Below are positions 1-8,554 of a stretch of 32,000 bases of DNA, piece after piece (within the stretch, counting starts at the first letter, position 1; each line of letters starts with the position of its first letter). The DNA comes from Vulcanisaeta distributa DSM 14429 (GTDB lineage: Archaea; Thermoproteota; Thermoprotei; Thermoproteales; Thermocladiaceae). The stretch is taken from assembly GCF_000148385.1 (NCBI RefSeq), contig NC_014537.1:1-32000 (forward strand), written 5' to 3'. Below the pieces are notes generated by a model. The model saw nothing but the letters and a program-made list of their open reading frames with translations, did not search any database and had not been told where the DNA came from. A program made the translations under genes and the position numbers.

Positions 1-1
1 A

Positions 2-502
2 ATGAGTATTATGGTGAATAAGGTATTAATTACCGTTAAGTCATCCTTTGAATACGGCATAAGGCAGGACATTAGGGATTACCTATTCTTCTTTGACAAG
101 GACGTGAATGTTAAGGCCACGGAATTCAGAGGCGTCTTAATCGTGGAGACCGGTAAGGATCCTAAGTACGTGGCTAGTCTTCTCGTTAATGCGCCAATAC
201 CTGAAAGCGTACTTACCTCGATAGTTCCGATTATTTACGAGGGAAGTTATAGTACGGTTAATGATTTGATAAGCGCTGTTCGTAAATACGTGAGCGGTGA
301 TTGCAGGGTTTACGTTGTTAGGTGTAGATTACGTGGATCTTTAATAAGCAATAGCGATTGTGAGAATGCATTAATTAATTTATTGAGGAGTCTTGGCTTT
401 CACGCAATATATAGGGGCGACTCTGACTGCGTGGTTATTATTGAGGGTTTAGTTAATTGGTTCGGCATTTACGTAGGACCTAGGTCGTTTGTGAGGGTTT
501 AG
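2..502 (+). CDS. Small THUMP-domain-like putative RNA-binding protein
   Basis: 166-aa ORF starting at an ATG at window position 2; the upstream region is not visible, so the 5' end is uncertain. The C-terminal half (RVYVVRCRLRGS...DCVVIIEGLVNWFGIYVG) resembles the THUMP fold pattern of small archaeal THUMP proteins. Confidence 0.45.
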   Translation: MSIMVNKVLITVKSSFEYGIRQDIRDYLFFFDKDVNVKATEFRGVLIVETGKDPKYVASLLVNAPIPESVLTSIVPIIYEGSYSTVNDLISAVRKYVSGDCRVYVVRCRLRGSLISNSDCENALINLLRSLGFHAIYRGDSDCVVIIEGLVNWFGIYVGPRSFVRV

Positions 503-583
503 TGAAAGTTTCAGTTAACCCTAGGTCAATTCTTATATAGTAACCAAAAACTATTTTTTACCTCTCTACTAAAGAAATAGTAA

Positions 584-1777
584 ATGCCAAGGATCTTCAA
601 GAACGAAGCCGCGTTAACGCCGGAATACATACCGAGCAAGCTACCACATAGGGAAGAACAACTGAAGCAGCTTGAGACATACTTTAGTGGCTTCCTCGAG
701 AGTCCAGGCTCTATGTACCCAAAGGTCGTGCTTATTGGTAGGCCTGGCAGTGGTAAGACCGTGACGAGTAGGAAGTTTGGGAATTACGTGGTGAGGTCAA
801 GTGAGAGGGTTAGGTACGTTCACGTGTCCTGCTTCCTCAATAGAACACTAAGTTCGGTGCTAAAGGATATTGGCGTTCAATTAAACATTGCAATACCAAA
901 GAGGGGATTCTCAACAGAGGAATTACTTAAGATGCTTCTGGACATGGTTAGGGATAAGGACATATACGCGATAGTCGCCCTTGATGATGTGTTTCACCTG
1001 GTCAATAATAGTGGTCCTCACGCATTAGGTACTTTGATAAGGCTCGGTGAGGAGTACGTAAGCAGGGGCGATAAGTATAGGTTTGGTCTAATCCTGATTA
1101 GCCAGGACCTAACCTTTAGGGATCAGCTCGATAGGAGTTCACAGAGTGCACTTGGTAATGCAGTGATTAAGTTTGAGCCGTACACAAAGGATCAGATATT
1201 CGAGATACTTCTTGCGAGGGCTCAGGAGGCCTTAGTCGATGGTGCATATGATGAGGAGATACTCGAGATGATAGCCGACGTGGCCGGCGTTGATGAGAAA
1301 TCAATGGATGAGCATAGGGGTGATGCTAGGTATGCCATTGACATACTGTGGAGAGCTTCAAAACTCGCCGAGATGAAGGGTGTTGATAGGATTTTACCTG
1401 AGCATGTCAGGGAGGCTATAAAGAATACGCTCAGGGGTATTAGGAGTGATGAACTTAGAATGTTACCATTGCATGAGAAGATATTCTTATTGGCCATTGT
1501 TAGGAGTTTAATGAAGAACCCGAACTCGCCATACATACCCTTTGGGACTGCCGAGGATGAGTACCAAATGCTCTGTGAGCAGTATGGCCAGGAGCCCAGG
1601 AAACACACGCAGTTGTGGGAGTACCTTAGGGATTTGAATACGAAGGGCTTTGTTGAGACTAGGACGTCTAGTAAGGGTATGAGGGGTAGGACAACGTTAA
1701 TATCAATACCATCTGAGCCACTTGAAACGTTAAAGGAGGAGTTAGAGAAGATTATCAAGGGTGAATTGGGTACGTGA
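584..1777 (+). CDS. cdc6: Orc1/Cdc6 replication initiator (AAA+ domain plus C-terminal winged helix)
   Basis: The N-terminal motif PEYIPSKLPHREEQLKQL is typical of archaeal Orc1/Cdc6. Walker A is GRPGSGKT and Walker B is VALDDV. The C-terminal region (TQLWEYLRDLNTKGFVETR) is winged-helix-like. Confidence 0.95.
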   Translation: MPRIFKNEAALTPEYIPSKLPHREEQLKQLETYFSGFLESPGSMYPKVVLIGRPGSGKTVTSRKFGNYVVRSSERVRYVHVSCFLNRTLSSVLKDIGVQLNIAIPKRGFSTEELLKMLLDMVRDKDIYAIVALDDVFHLVNNSGPHALGTLIRLGEEYVSRGDKYRFGLILISQDLTFRDQLDRSSQSALGNAVIKFEPYTKDQIFEILLARAQEALVDGAYDEEILEMIADVAGVDEKSMDEHRGDARYAIDILWRASKLAEMKGVDRILPEHVREAIKNTLRGIRSDELRMLPLHEKIFLLAIVRSLMKNPNSPYIPFGTAEDEYQMLCEQYGQEPRKHTQLWEYLRDLNTKGFVETRTSSKGMRGRTTLISIPSEPLETLKEELEKIIKGELGT

Positions 1778-2085
1778 GTATCGACTTCATAGAAGACCTA
1801 TTCTCATCAAGGATTAGGGTTAGGGTGCTTAGGGCTTTGATTAAGTATAAGGAGGTGAACATAACGAAGCTTTCCAGGGAGTTGGGCGTTAATTATAAGG
1901 TGATTGAGTACCACGTGGAAGCGCTTAAGAGGCTTGGCATTGCTGAGGAGAAGAGGTTCGGTAGGATTAGGATAATAAGGCTTAGTGAGGGTGATCCACG
2001 TGTCTTAGCAATTGAGCGATTCTTTTCTGAGCTTGAGCATGCATTCATGAATCAGTCTGATTCGCGAAGTCAAGGATCCTCTTAG
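1774..2085 (+). CDS. Small ArsR-like winged-helix transcriptional regulator
   Basis: 103 aa. RIRVRVLRALIKYKEVNITKLSRELGVNYKVIEYHVEALKRLGI matches the ArsR/SmtB HTH pattern. The GTG start overlaps the cdc6 stop (GTGA). There is no in-frame ATG before the HTH. Confidence 0.7.
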   Translation: MSIDFIEDLFSSRIRVRVLRALIKYKEVNITKLSRELGVNYKVIEYHVEALKRLGIAEEKRFGRIRIIRLSEGDPRVLAIERFFSELEHAFMNQSDSRSQGSS

Positions 2086-2872
2086 CCAACTTGTAATGCA
2101 CATAATCCACTAATTGGCCCTCGAGACTTATTGCGCCACGACCCTCCCTAACCGCCTTCTCATAGGCCTCAACGACCCTCCTAGCCCAATTAATCTCCTC
2201 CTCGCTTGGTGAAAATACCTCGTTGGCCACGGGTATTTGGCTTGGGTGAATAACCTGCTTACCGATGAACCCCATGGACTTAGCCTCAACACACTCTTTC
2301 CTAAAGCCTTCAATATCCTTGATATCAAAGAATACCTTATCAATTGGGTCAACTCCATAAGCCCTCGCCGCTGAAACAACCAAGGTCTTAAGAACCTGGC
2401 TCTGTTCGTAGGTCTTCACAACGCCACCAACTGAAAGCGCAAAGTCAGCTGCGCCGTAGGATACCGCGGTGACGCCCTCACTTCTAATAACATCCTCAAC
2501 CCTAAGTAATCCCCTAGCCGTCTCTATCAACGGCTCTATCTCCCTACCCGTGGCCTTATAGACAAAGCTTAGGTCAAACTCAGCCTTTGGGATAACAATG
2601 CACTTAACGACGTCGATCTTATACACGGTGTCTATGTCGGCGTAAAAGAAGGGTGTCTTTGGGTCATTAACCCTGACACATAACTCCTTACCCTTCCAAT
2701 CAAGTTGTGGGAGTAATTCCCTTATTAACTTACGTGCAGACTCCTTACCATCAATTGGCACAGCATCCTCAAGATCAATGATCACAGAGTCGGGCTTCAA
2801 CTCGAGGGCTGCCTTCCTAATCATGTGCTCATTATTACCGGGAACAAATAATTGGGACCTCCTCAGAACCAC
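2045..2872 (-). CDS. HpcH/HpaI aldolase / citrate-lyase beta (CitE)-like acyl-CoA lyase
   Basis: The N-terminus RRSQLFVPGNNEHMIRKAALELKPDSVIIDLEDAVP is the CitE/malyl-CoA-lyase family signature. The start is GTG; the next Met would remove the conserved motif. Confidence 0.85.
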   Translation of the reverse strand: MVLRRSQLFVPGNNEHMIRKAALELKPDSVIIDLEDAVPIDGKESARKLIRELLPQLDWKGKELCVRVNDPKTPFFYADIDTVYKIDVVKCIVIPKAEFDLSFVYKATGREIEPLIETARGLLRVEDVIRSEGVTAVSYGAADFALSVGGVVKTYEQSQVLKTLVVSAARAYGVDPIDKVFFDIKDIEGFRKECVEAKSMGFIGKQVIHPSQIPVANEVFSPSEEEINWARRVVEAYEKAVREGRGAISLEGQLVDYVHYKLAKRILDFANQTDS

Positions 2873-2911
2873 AGAGAAGACATTACCTAATTATTATTAA
2901 TTTTTACTTCA

Positions 2912-3868
2912 TTAAAATACCAACACAGCCCTGCCTAAAACCCGTTGATTAACTAAGTCGTTATATGCCTGATTAACATCCTTAAAGTTATAGACTTTAT
3001 AGACGGGCTTAACGACACCTCTATGAAGGAGGTCAACGGCTTCAAGAACCTCCCTCCTCGTGTATGCGGCCGAGCCAACTATCCTATGCTCCCTCATCAC
3101 CGTAAGCGCAGGTCTAATCAACCTAATCTCCTCACCCTCAGTATTACCTATCAAGACTAGCGTACCCTCACGCTTCAACACCCTAAGACTTTCATTTATT
3201 GTTGCAGCACCTACTATTTCCAGGACAACATCGACATCCCTAACCTTCCTTGAGAACTCCCTATCCGTAATAACCTCATCCGAATACTTAGCCACAAAAT
3301 CAGCCTTGGCAGGTGACGTTATTGATATTACGTATGCGCCAAGGCTCTTTAAATACTGTATTGTATGTATGCCAACACCGCCTCCAGCCCCAGTAACGAG
3401 AACCCTAGTACCTGGCCCAATATTACCTAGTTTACTCGCATGTATTGCCGTGGCCAGCGGGCATACGGCTGCGGCATACTTAACATAGTCATTATCCGGT
3501 AATTCAAACACGTTACTCCTTGGCGCTATCACGACCTCCGCATAACCGCCTGGTCTCCCCTCACCGAAGAATTGAAGATTTAAGCATAGATTCTCCTTAC
3601 CAGCCCTGCAGTATGGACATGTACCATCAGTAATAGCTCCAAATACGCCAACAGCCCTTCCATCAACCTCGCCGAATATTTCATGCCCAAGGATTAATGG
3701 AGGTTTTAAATTCCTGAAGCCACCCCTCCAAATGACCAGGTCACGGCCACAAATACCCTCCGCCTTTACCCTTACCACAATGTCGTTGGGTCCAGGTTCT
3801 CCAATATCATACTCCTCAATACTAAAGGGCTTATTGAACTCCCTCAACACGGCCGCCAATACTCGCAT
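2912..3868 (-). CDS. Zinc-dependent alcohol dehydrogenase (MDR family)
   Basis: Motifs present: CGRDL zinc-ligand Cys, GHEIFGEV, a structural-zinc Cys cluster (CPYCRAGKENLC) and the Rossmann motif VTGAGGGVG. The ORF extends to 3892. ATG 3868 (MRVLAAVL) sits about 27 nt from a TATA-like TTTAATAATT, so it is the preferred start. Confidence 0.9.
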   Translation of the reverse strand: MRVLAAVLREFNKPFSIEEYDIGEPGPNDIVVRVKAEGICGRDLVIWRGGFRNLKPPLILGHEIFGEVDGRAVGVFGAITDGTCPYCRAGKENLCLNLQFFGEGRPGGYAEVVIAPRSNVFELPDNDYVKYAAAVCPLATAIHASKLGNIGPGTRVLVTGAGGGVGIHTIQYLKSLGAYVISITSPAKADFVAKYSDEVITDREFSRKVRDVDVVLEIVGAATINESLRVLKREGTLVLIGNTEGEEIRLIRPALTVMREHRIVGSAAYTRREVLEAVDLLHRGVVKPVYKVYNFKDVNQAYNDLVNQRVLGRAVLVF

Positions 3869-3937
3869 TAATTGTTGAATGATAAAAATCAATTATTAAA
3901 CTAACTAATACATATTTTATTTAGGTTTGTTGCTGCC

Positions 3938-5062
3938 ATGCCTAATCAACTCTTTTCCGTCAAAGTAATGCTTATTTCCCTTGTTCCTGCTTATTACCAA
4001 GTGGATGCGTGTATTGTATTACCGACAATAAATGAGGCTGATAATCTGAGGATACTATTACCCATGCTGAGAAATTACCTGGCTGATTATGACTGGTTTA
4101 TTGTGGTTGTTGATGATGGCAGTACTGACGGTACTCAGGATGTCGTTATGGAGTTCGCCAGGGTAACGAATAGGGCTGAATTAATTGAGAGGGGTGCTAA
4201 GCTTGGTCTGGGTAGTGCCATTAAGACTGGCATGAGGGCCTGCCTCGATAAGGGCGCCAACTCCATAGTTGTCATGGATGCCGATCTGCAGCACCCACCT
4301 GACGTGGTTCCCAACCTTGTTAAGGCTGTGCTTGTGAATGGCGTGGATTTAGCAATAGCCAGTAGGTACGTTAAGGGCGGCGGTATCGTTGGTTGGTCAT
4401 TTAAGAGACTCGCCATTAGTAAGGGGGCTACGTACATGGCAAGGTTACTAATGCCCTGGACACGCAGCATTAAGGACCCAATTAGTGGCTTCTTCGCTGT
4501 GAATGCGGGTAAGTTAAGGGGCGTGATTGACATGCTTAGCGATTCATCAGGTTATAAACTAATCCTAGAGCTATTGACGCTATTTCATGTTAAGTATGGT
4601 AATTCGCTTAGGGTTGTCGAGGTACCGTACATCTTTAGGAATAGGGCCTATGGCGTGAGCAAGTTAGGTACTCATGAATTAATTAACTACGCATTACTGG
4701 TGCTTAAGCTCAGTAATTACTCTGTGCCTAAGTACCTAGTATCATTACTCATTGGCTCCATCATTGGTTATTTCCTCTTTAATTTATCGTCAAGTTTAAA
4801 TCCGATAGCTGGCAACTTAATATCCATAGAGTTGTCCCTAATAACTGTCATCACTATTTACCAATTGTTAATGGGTATGAAACCACAACTACAATATTAT
4901 ATAAAGTATCATTTGATTAAGTACGTTGCCGTAGCCGTGAAGTTACTTCTATACATGGCCTCAACACCAGTAGTTATCGCGCTCATAATCTCGGGTGTAA
5001 TACAGTTGTTAATGACTCTTGGGATAATAACGGTAAATCCCACGGCAGTGCATGTACTGTGA
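3938..5062 (+). CDS. GT2 glycosyltransferase, dolichyl-phosphate mannose synthase-like, with a C-terminal multi-TM domain
   Basis: GT-A motifs present: CIVLPTINEADN, VVVDDGSTDGT and MDADLQHPP (DxD). About 4 hydrophobic helices follow at the C-terminus, as in archaeal DPMS. An alternative start is ATG 3968. Confidence 0.8.
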   Translation: MPNQLFSVKVMLISLVPAYYQVDACIVLPTINEADNLRILLPMLRNYLADYDWFIVVVDDGSTDGTQDVVMEFARVTNRAELIERGAKLGLGSAIKTGMRACLDKGANSIVVMDADLQHPPDVVPNLVKAVLVNGVDLAIASRYVKGGGIVGWSFKRLAISKGATYMARLLMPWTRSIKDPISGFFAVNAGKLRGVIDMLSDSSGYKLILELLTLFHVKYGNSLRVVEVPYIFRNRAYGVSKLGTHELINYALLVLKLSNYSVPKYLVSLLIGSIIGYFLFNLSSSLNPIAGNLISIELSLITVITIYQLLMGMKPQLQYYIKYHLIKYVAVAVKLLLYMASTPVVIALIISGVIQLLMTLGIITVNPTAVHVL

Positions 5063-5107
5063 GTCACGGAATGCCTTTTTAACTTAATTACCTCACTTAC
5101 TTCATGA

Positions 5108-6160
5108 ATGAGGGTACTCCTAACAACGGTGCCTGGAATTGAGGATGCGGTGATCAGCGAGGTTAAGGAATTGTTCAAGGATAGGGTTGTTACGGCTGAG
5201 GTGTTTGGTTCATCCAATGTGACAGGTAAGGTGCTGATAGACATTAATAATGTGACTATTAACGAGTTAAAGGCGTTAGGTACTGTAGAGCATGTAGTAA
5301 TGGTTCTAGATATAAAGAATGTTGGTAGGGACATGGGTAGTTTAAGGGATTGTATTTGGAAGCTAAGGCTTGACGAATTACTCAATTATTATACCGTAAA
5401 TACTACAATTGGTATAATGGCCGATAGGTCTGGGGATCATGAGTTCAAGAGCCCAGATGCGGCGGCATTACTTGGTGAGAGGATTTCCGAGTTTCTAATG
5501 TCCATGGGCCTTAAGTCGCTCTTCAACCTTGATAATGCTGACCTCACATTGAGACTCATTATTGACCAGGATAAGTGCGTATTGGGCCTATCAATAACCC
5601 GTAAACCCCTTAGAAATAGACCGTATAGGAAGTTCAATCATCCAGCCTCTATAAACCCCATATTGGCCAACGCCATGTTCAGGATATTAAGTCCAGCCCC
5701 ATCATCGAGGATTTGCGACGTCACCTGCGGTAGTGGCACCATAGTAATCGAAGGCGCCTTAATGAGGAGGGACGTGATTTTTCTATGCGCAGACATTGAT
5801 TATGGCTATGTGAATGGTGCATTGGCAAACGCCAGGGAGGCCAATGTGGATTATTTAATTGATTTTGTGGTCATGGATTCAACAAGGCCTGCCATTAGGG
5901 ATAACGCGTGTTCATACGCTATTTTCAATCCTCCATTTGGAATTCGCATAGAACCACTTAAGGGGATAGCCGACTTTTATGGTTCATTATTTAGAGCGCT
6001 TAGGAATGTCCTCAGGGACGGCTCGAGTATGGTCTTTATCACGGTTAGGAAGTCTCTCGCCAAGAAATTACTTGTCAAGTATGGATTTAGGATAGTGAGT
6101 GAGAGGGTTGTTGAGCAGGGTGGGATTTGGAGTTCGATTTTTAAGGTTGTTAAGGAATAA
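5108..6160 (+). CDS. THUMP-domain RNA (guanine-N2) methyltransferase, Trm14/COG0116-like
   Basis: The N-terminus MRVLLTTVPGIEDAV plus a central THUMP-like region precede a class I SAM methyltransferase domain. Motif I is DVTCGSGTIVIEGA and motif IV is FNPPFG. Confidence 0.8.
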   Translation: MRVLLTTVPGIEDAVISEVKELFKDRVVTAEVFGSSNVTGKVLIDINNVTINELKALGTVEHVVMVLDIKNVGRDMGSLRDCIWKLRLDELLNYYTVNTTIGIMADRSGDHEFKSPDAAALLGERISEFLMSMGLKSLFNLDNADLTLRLIIDQDKCVLGLSITRKPLRNRPYRKFNHPASINPILANAMFRILSPAPSSRICDVTCGSGTIVIEGALMRRDVIFLCADIDYGYVNGALANAREANVDYLIDFVVMDSTRPAIRDNACSYAIFNPPFGIRIEPLKGIADFYGSLFRALRNVLRDGSSMVFITVRKSLAKKLLVKYGFRIVSERVVEQGGIWSSIFKVVKE

Positions 6161-6189
6161 GGAATAGATTTTGATTTTTAAGGAATATT

Positions 6190-6966
6190 CTACTGCGCCT
6201 TTGGTATGAATGATCTCTGGTCTTCATTTGGGAATAACCTATCAAGGATCTTCTTAGGCACCTTATACACCCTGAGGGCTATCTCCCTAATCAACTTATC
6301 GTGCGGGACACACTTTGTCAGGTTAAGCCTTAGGCAGTGCGTATACTTCATTATCTTCTTCTCCTCAATCTTCTTAATGCTACCCAGTGCAATGTCCTCC
6401 GCAACCCTAAAGGCCACGTAGAACCTCACGTACCTCATAAACCTACTCGCCAGGTCTGGGTATGCCGTGCTCAATGCCCTGTAAGTACCCACGAAGTCCT
6501 CCTCAGGGAAAAACCTCATTATTGTACCAGTGAACACATACCTCAACAACCTAAACCCCCTCTCCTCAGTCCTAGGTCCTAAAACCTCGTTATCAACCAT
6601 CTTTCTAAACTGCTCGGTGTCGTTATTATCATTGAGTTGGAAGTTCTTACTCTTGAGGAAGCTGTATATTTCATCGCACGCTACCTCAACATTGAAAATA
6701 TTCCTGAAGGCATTGGTTAATTCCCCATCCAATAGGCCAAGGCCGTACTTACCAATTATGTATATCGTGGCTATCTCCTTATCGTAAATCCTAACCTTAC
6801 TCAAGCCCCTAAACGGCTCAATACCCTTCTGCTTATAGACAATGTACACCAACTCCTCAAGCTGGTTTCTTGTGCTTACCTCATTCCTCATTATCTTACT
6901 CCATATCTCCGTCGCAGCCTCAATACGGCCCTTATACAACTGCCTAGCATCTAAGCCACTACTCAT
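6190..6966 (-). CDS. Hypothetical protein, apparently helix-rich and cytoplasmic
   Basis: 258-aa ORF with an ATG start, 65 nt downstream of rpl10e on the same strand. It has no TM segment and no catalytic motif I can name. Its codon composition matches its neighbours. Confidence 0.6.
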   Translation of the reverse strand: MSSGLDARQLYKGRIEAATEIWSKIMRNEVSTRNQLEELVYIVYKQKGIEPFRGLSKVRIYDKEIATIYIIGKYGLGLLDGELTNAFRNIFNVEVACDEIYSFLKSKNFQLNDNNDTEQFRKMVDNEVLGPRTEERGFRLLRYVFTGTIMRFFPEEDFVGTYRALSTAYPDLASRFMRYVRFYVAFRVAEDIALGSIKKIEEKKIMKYTHCLRLNLTKCVPHDKLIREIALRVYKVPKKILDRLFPNEDQRSFIPKAQ

Positions 6967-7031
6967 ATTAGCAATTCACCTACTCTAACTCACCGAAAAA
7001 CTAGCGCCTTATAATCCTTGTGCTTCAGGGC

Positions 7032-7577
7032 CTATGACTGAGCAACAACCTTAGCCTGGGCCTGCTTTGGATAGATAACTATTCTCATTGGAAGCGGTAA
7101 CTTGGACGCAGCTCTCTTAAGGGCCTCCTTAGCGTGAGCCAGGTTTTTGCCCTCAATCTCAAGGTGCATTATGATAGTACCGGGCCTAAGGATCCTTGCG
7201 GCCCTACCTGACGGAACACCAAAGGCCAGCCTCATACCTTGCTGCAGACGGTCAGCACCTGCCATAGCCAGCATCTTATTCTCCCTAATCACATGGAATG
7301 GGTAGACATTTATCTTCAGGTAGAAGTTGGGGTCGCCAACGTACTTAGACAGGTACTTATACGCCATCTGCCTGGCGGCTTCAAGGGCATTGGCCCTTAT
7401 TTGACCGGTCTCCTCAGCCACAAGCTCAGCCACATAGTCAAACCTAGCCCTCTCCCTGGGCTTCGTATTGCCAAGCTCAAACCTAGGTATTTGAACATAT
7501 GGAGCACCGGCTATGTACTCAGTCCTCGTGTAAGGCCTCTTCAACCTCCTATAGCAGCGTCCAGGCCTAAGCGGCAT
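7032..7577 (-). CDS. rpl10e: 50S ribosomal protein L10e (uL16)
   Basis: MPLRPGRCYRRLKRPYTRTEYIAGAP... is the canonical L10e N-terminus, and the length (181 aa) is typical. Confidence 0.97.
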   Translation of the reverse strand: MPLRPGRCYRRLKRPYTRTEYIAGAPYVQIPRFELGNTKPRERARFDYVAELVAEETGQIRANALEAARQMAYKYLSKYVGDPNFYLKINVYPFHVIRENKMLAMAGADRLQQGMRLAFGVPSGRAARILRPGTIIMHLEIEGKNLAHAKEALKRAASKLPLPMRIVIYPKQAQAKVVAQS

Positions 7578-7607
7578 AGTGACGTCGAGTTACTGGGAAG
7601 GTATGGG

Positions 7608-7617
7608 TATTTAAACA
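7608..7617 (-). promoter_or_regulatory. TATA box (TGTTTAAATA on the minus strand) for rpl10e
   Basis: The A/T-rich element lies 30-40 nt upstream of the rpl10e ATG (7577), immediately after the stop of the upstream wHTH gene. Confidence 0.45.
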
Positions 7618-7626
7618 CTACGCCCA

Positions 7627-7905
7627 TTAAATCCTATTAATCCTCAACGAACCAACATACCTCTTAATCCACAGGACCAGCTCCTCATACGTCCTCTCGC
7701 CATCCCTCGTAAGCCTGACAAGGCCATCACCGTCAATCATCACCAAGCCCCTACTAACCATCCACTCAAGATACCTCTCAAACTTATCATAAGATAAACC
7801 ACAGGCAGTTGCCAACCTAGTTCTCCTCATAGTCCCATTATTGACCAGGGCCTCAATGATTCGAGCCAACACGTACAGGTCAGGCCTGAATTCCCTTGAG
7901 CTCAT
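7627..7905 (-). CDS. Small winged-helix DNA-binding protein (COG3432/HTH_45-like)
   Basis: LARIIEALVNNGTMRRTRLATACGLSYDKFERYLEWMVSRGLVMIDGDGLVRLTRDGERTYEEL fits the archaeal small wHTH pattern. ATG 7905 is the preferred start; the tracked ORF begins at TTG 7926. It overlaps the upstream gene by 26 nt. Confidence 0.65.
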   Translation of the reverse strand: MSSREFRPDLYVLARIIEALVNNGTMRRTRLATACGLSYDKFERYLEWMVSRGLVMIDGDGLVRLTRDGERTYEELVLWIKRYVGSLRINRI

Positions 7906-8554
7906 GGTAGAGCCACCTAAGCTCAATAATTAACCCACCTAGGGACCATAATTTTTTAACATCATTAGTGATGCTATCCCACTCAAGCGCCAGTGTGATC
8001 GCTATATCTAGGATCACGGTCATGGCTATTACGTACCAGTTCAACTGGGTATAACCCAGGAAACTAAGCAATAATAGGGTTAATCCAAAGATTAGTATGG
8101 CAAGGAGTATTGATAAGGCCAGTAACTTAACTATAATCAATAGGGCATAACCAGCCCTAGCCCTATTAATCTTATACTCAATACCGTCAAAATCCAGCGT
8201 TGATAAAACCTCTAGAATTCCAGAAATACCTGACTGAAGCTTCCCAACCCAGTAATCATACGTACTCACCCCTCTCATTAACTTATCAATACGTGTATAT
8301 ACGTAGTATGGTATCGCAATTAATAATATACTTATGATAATTACACCCCAGCTTTGTAGTTGTGGTGCCATTGAGCGTGCAGTCAGCACGTATATGATAA
8401 TATACGCAATATACCCACCCAACACCATAGCCACTATGCCCAACACGGTAATGAGTAACTTTGGCAATTCATCCATGGCCTTATTAATGCCCTCAATATG
8501 ATTTAATACGTCCTTAAGGGCCATGAGCTTAGTCCTTGCATCCTCAATGCTCAT
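7880..8554 (-). CDS. Hypothetical integral membrane protein (about 4 TM helices)
   Basis: 224 aa. An amphipathic N-terminus is followed by hydrophobic stretches LLITVLGIVAMVLGGYIAYIIIYVL, WGVIIISILLIAIPYYVY, YALLIIVKLLALSILLAILIFGLTLLLLSFLGY and WYVIAMTVILDIAITLAL. It has an ATGA start/stop overlap with the upstream gene. Confidence 0.6.
   Translation of the reverse strand: MSIEDARTKLMALKDVLNHIEGINKAMDELPKLLITVLGIVAMVLGGYIAYIIIYVLTARSMAPQLQSWGVIIISILLIAIPYYVYTRIDKLMRGVSTYDYWVGKLQSGISGILEVLSTLDFDGIEYKINRARAGYALLIIVKLLALSILLAILIFGLTLLLLSFLGYTQLNWYVIAMTVILDIAITLALEWDSITNDVKKLWSLGGLIIELRWLYHELKGIQA

Noticed and set aside
503-583. Possible replication origin next to orc1/cdc6, including a near-palindrome TGAAAGTTTCA at 502-512
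   Set aside because: The gap is only 81 nt, contains no repeated ORB or mini-ORB-like elements, and is fully accounted for by a promoter. No other intergenic region in the window exceeds 130 nt, so no oriC can be supported here.
1222-1758. 178-aa ORF antisense to cdc6. Similar long antisense ORFs occur at 3060-3488, 4135-4533, 4909-5385, 15212-15892, 16128-16460, 16578-16862 and 21795-22046.
   Set aside because: Each lies wholly inside a confidently identified gene on the other strand. Their translations are low-complexity Ser/Leu/Thr/Pro-rich with no motifs. This is the typical shadow-ORF artefact of codon bias.
2128-2379. 83-aa Arg-rich ORF on the minus strand inside the CitE-like gene, in another frame
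   Set aside because: It is an alternative frame of a well-supported gene, its composition is unnatural (Arg/Leu-rich), and no independent start signals are present.
3869-3892. N-terminal extensions in the ORF track that start at TTG or GTG or at upstream Met codons (e.g. ADH 3892, wHTH 7926, L1 16837, Spt5 17935, FtsY 19265, TFE 21802, ATPase 28511)
   Set aside because: In each case a nearby ATG gives a canonical family N-terminus and better TATA or SD spacing, so the extensions were trimmed. These remain predictions without experimental start-site data.
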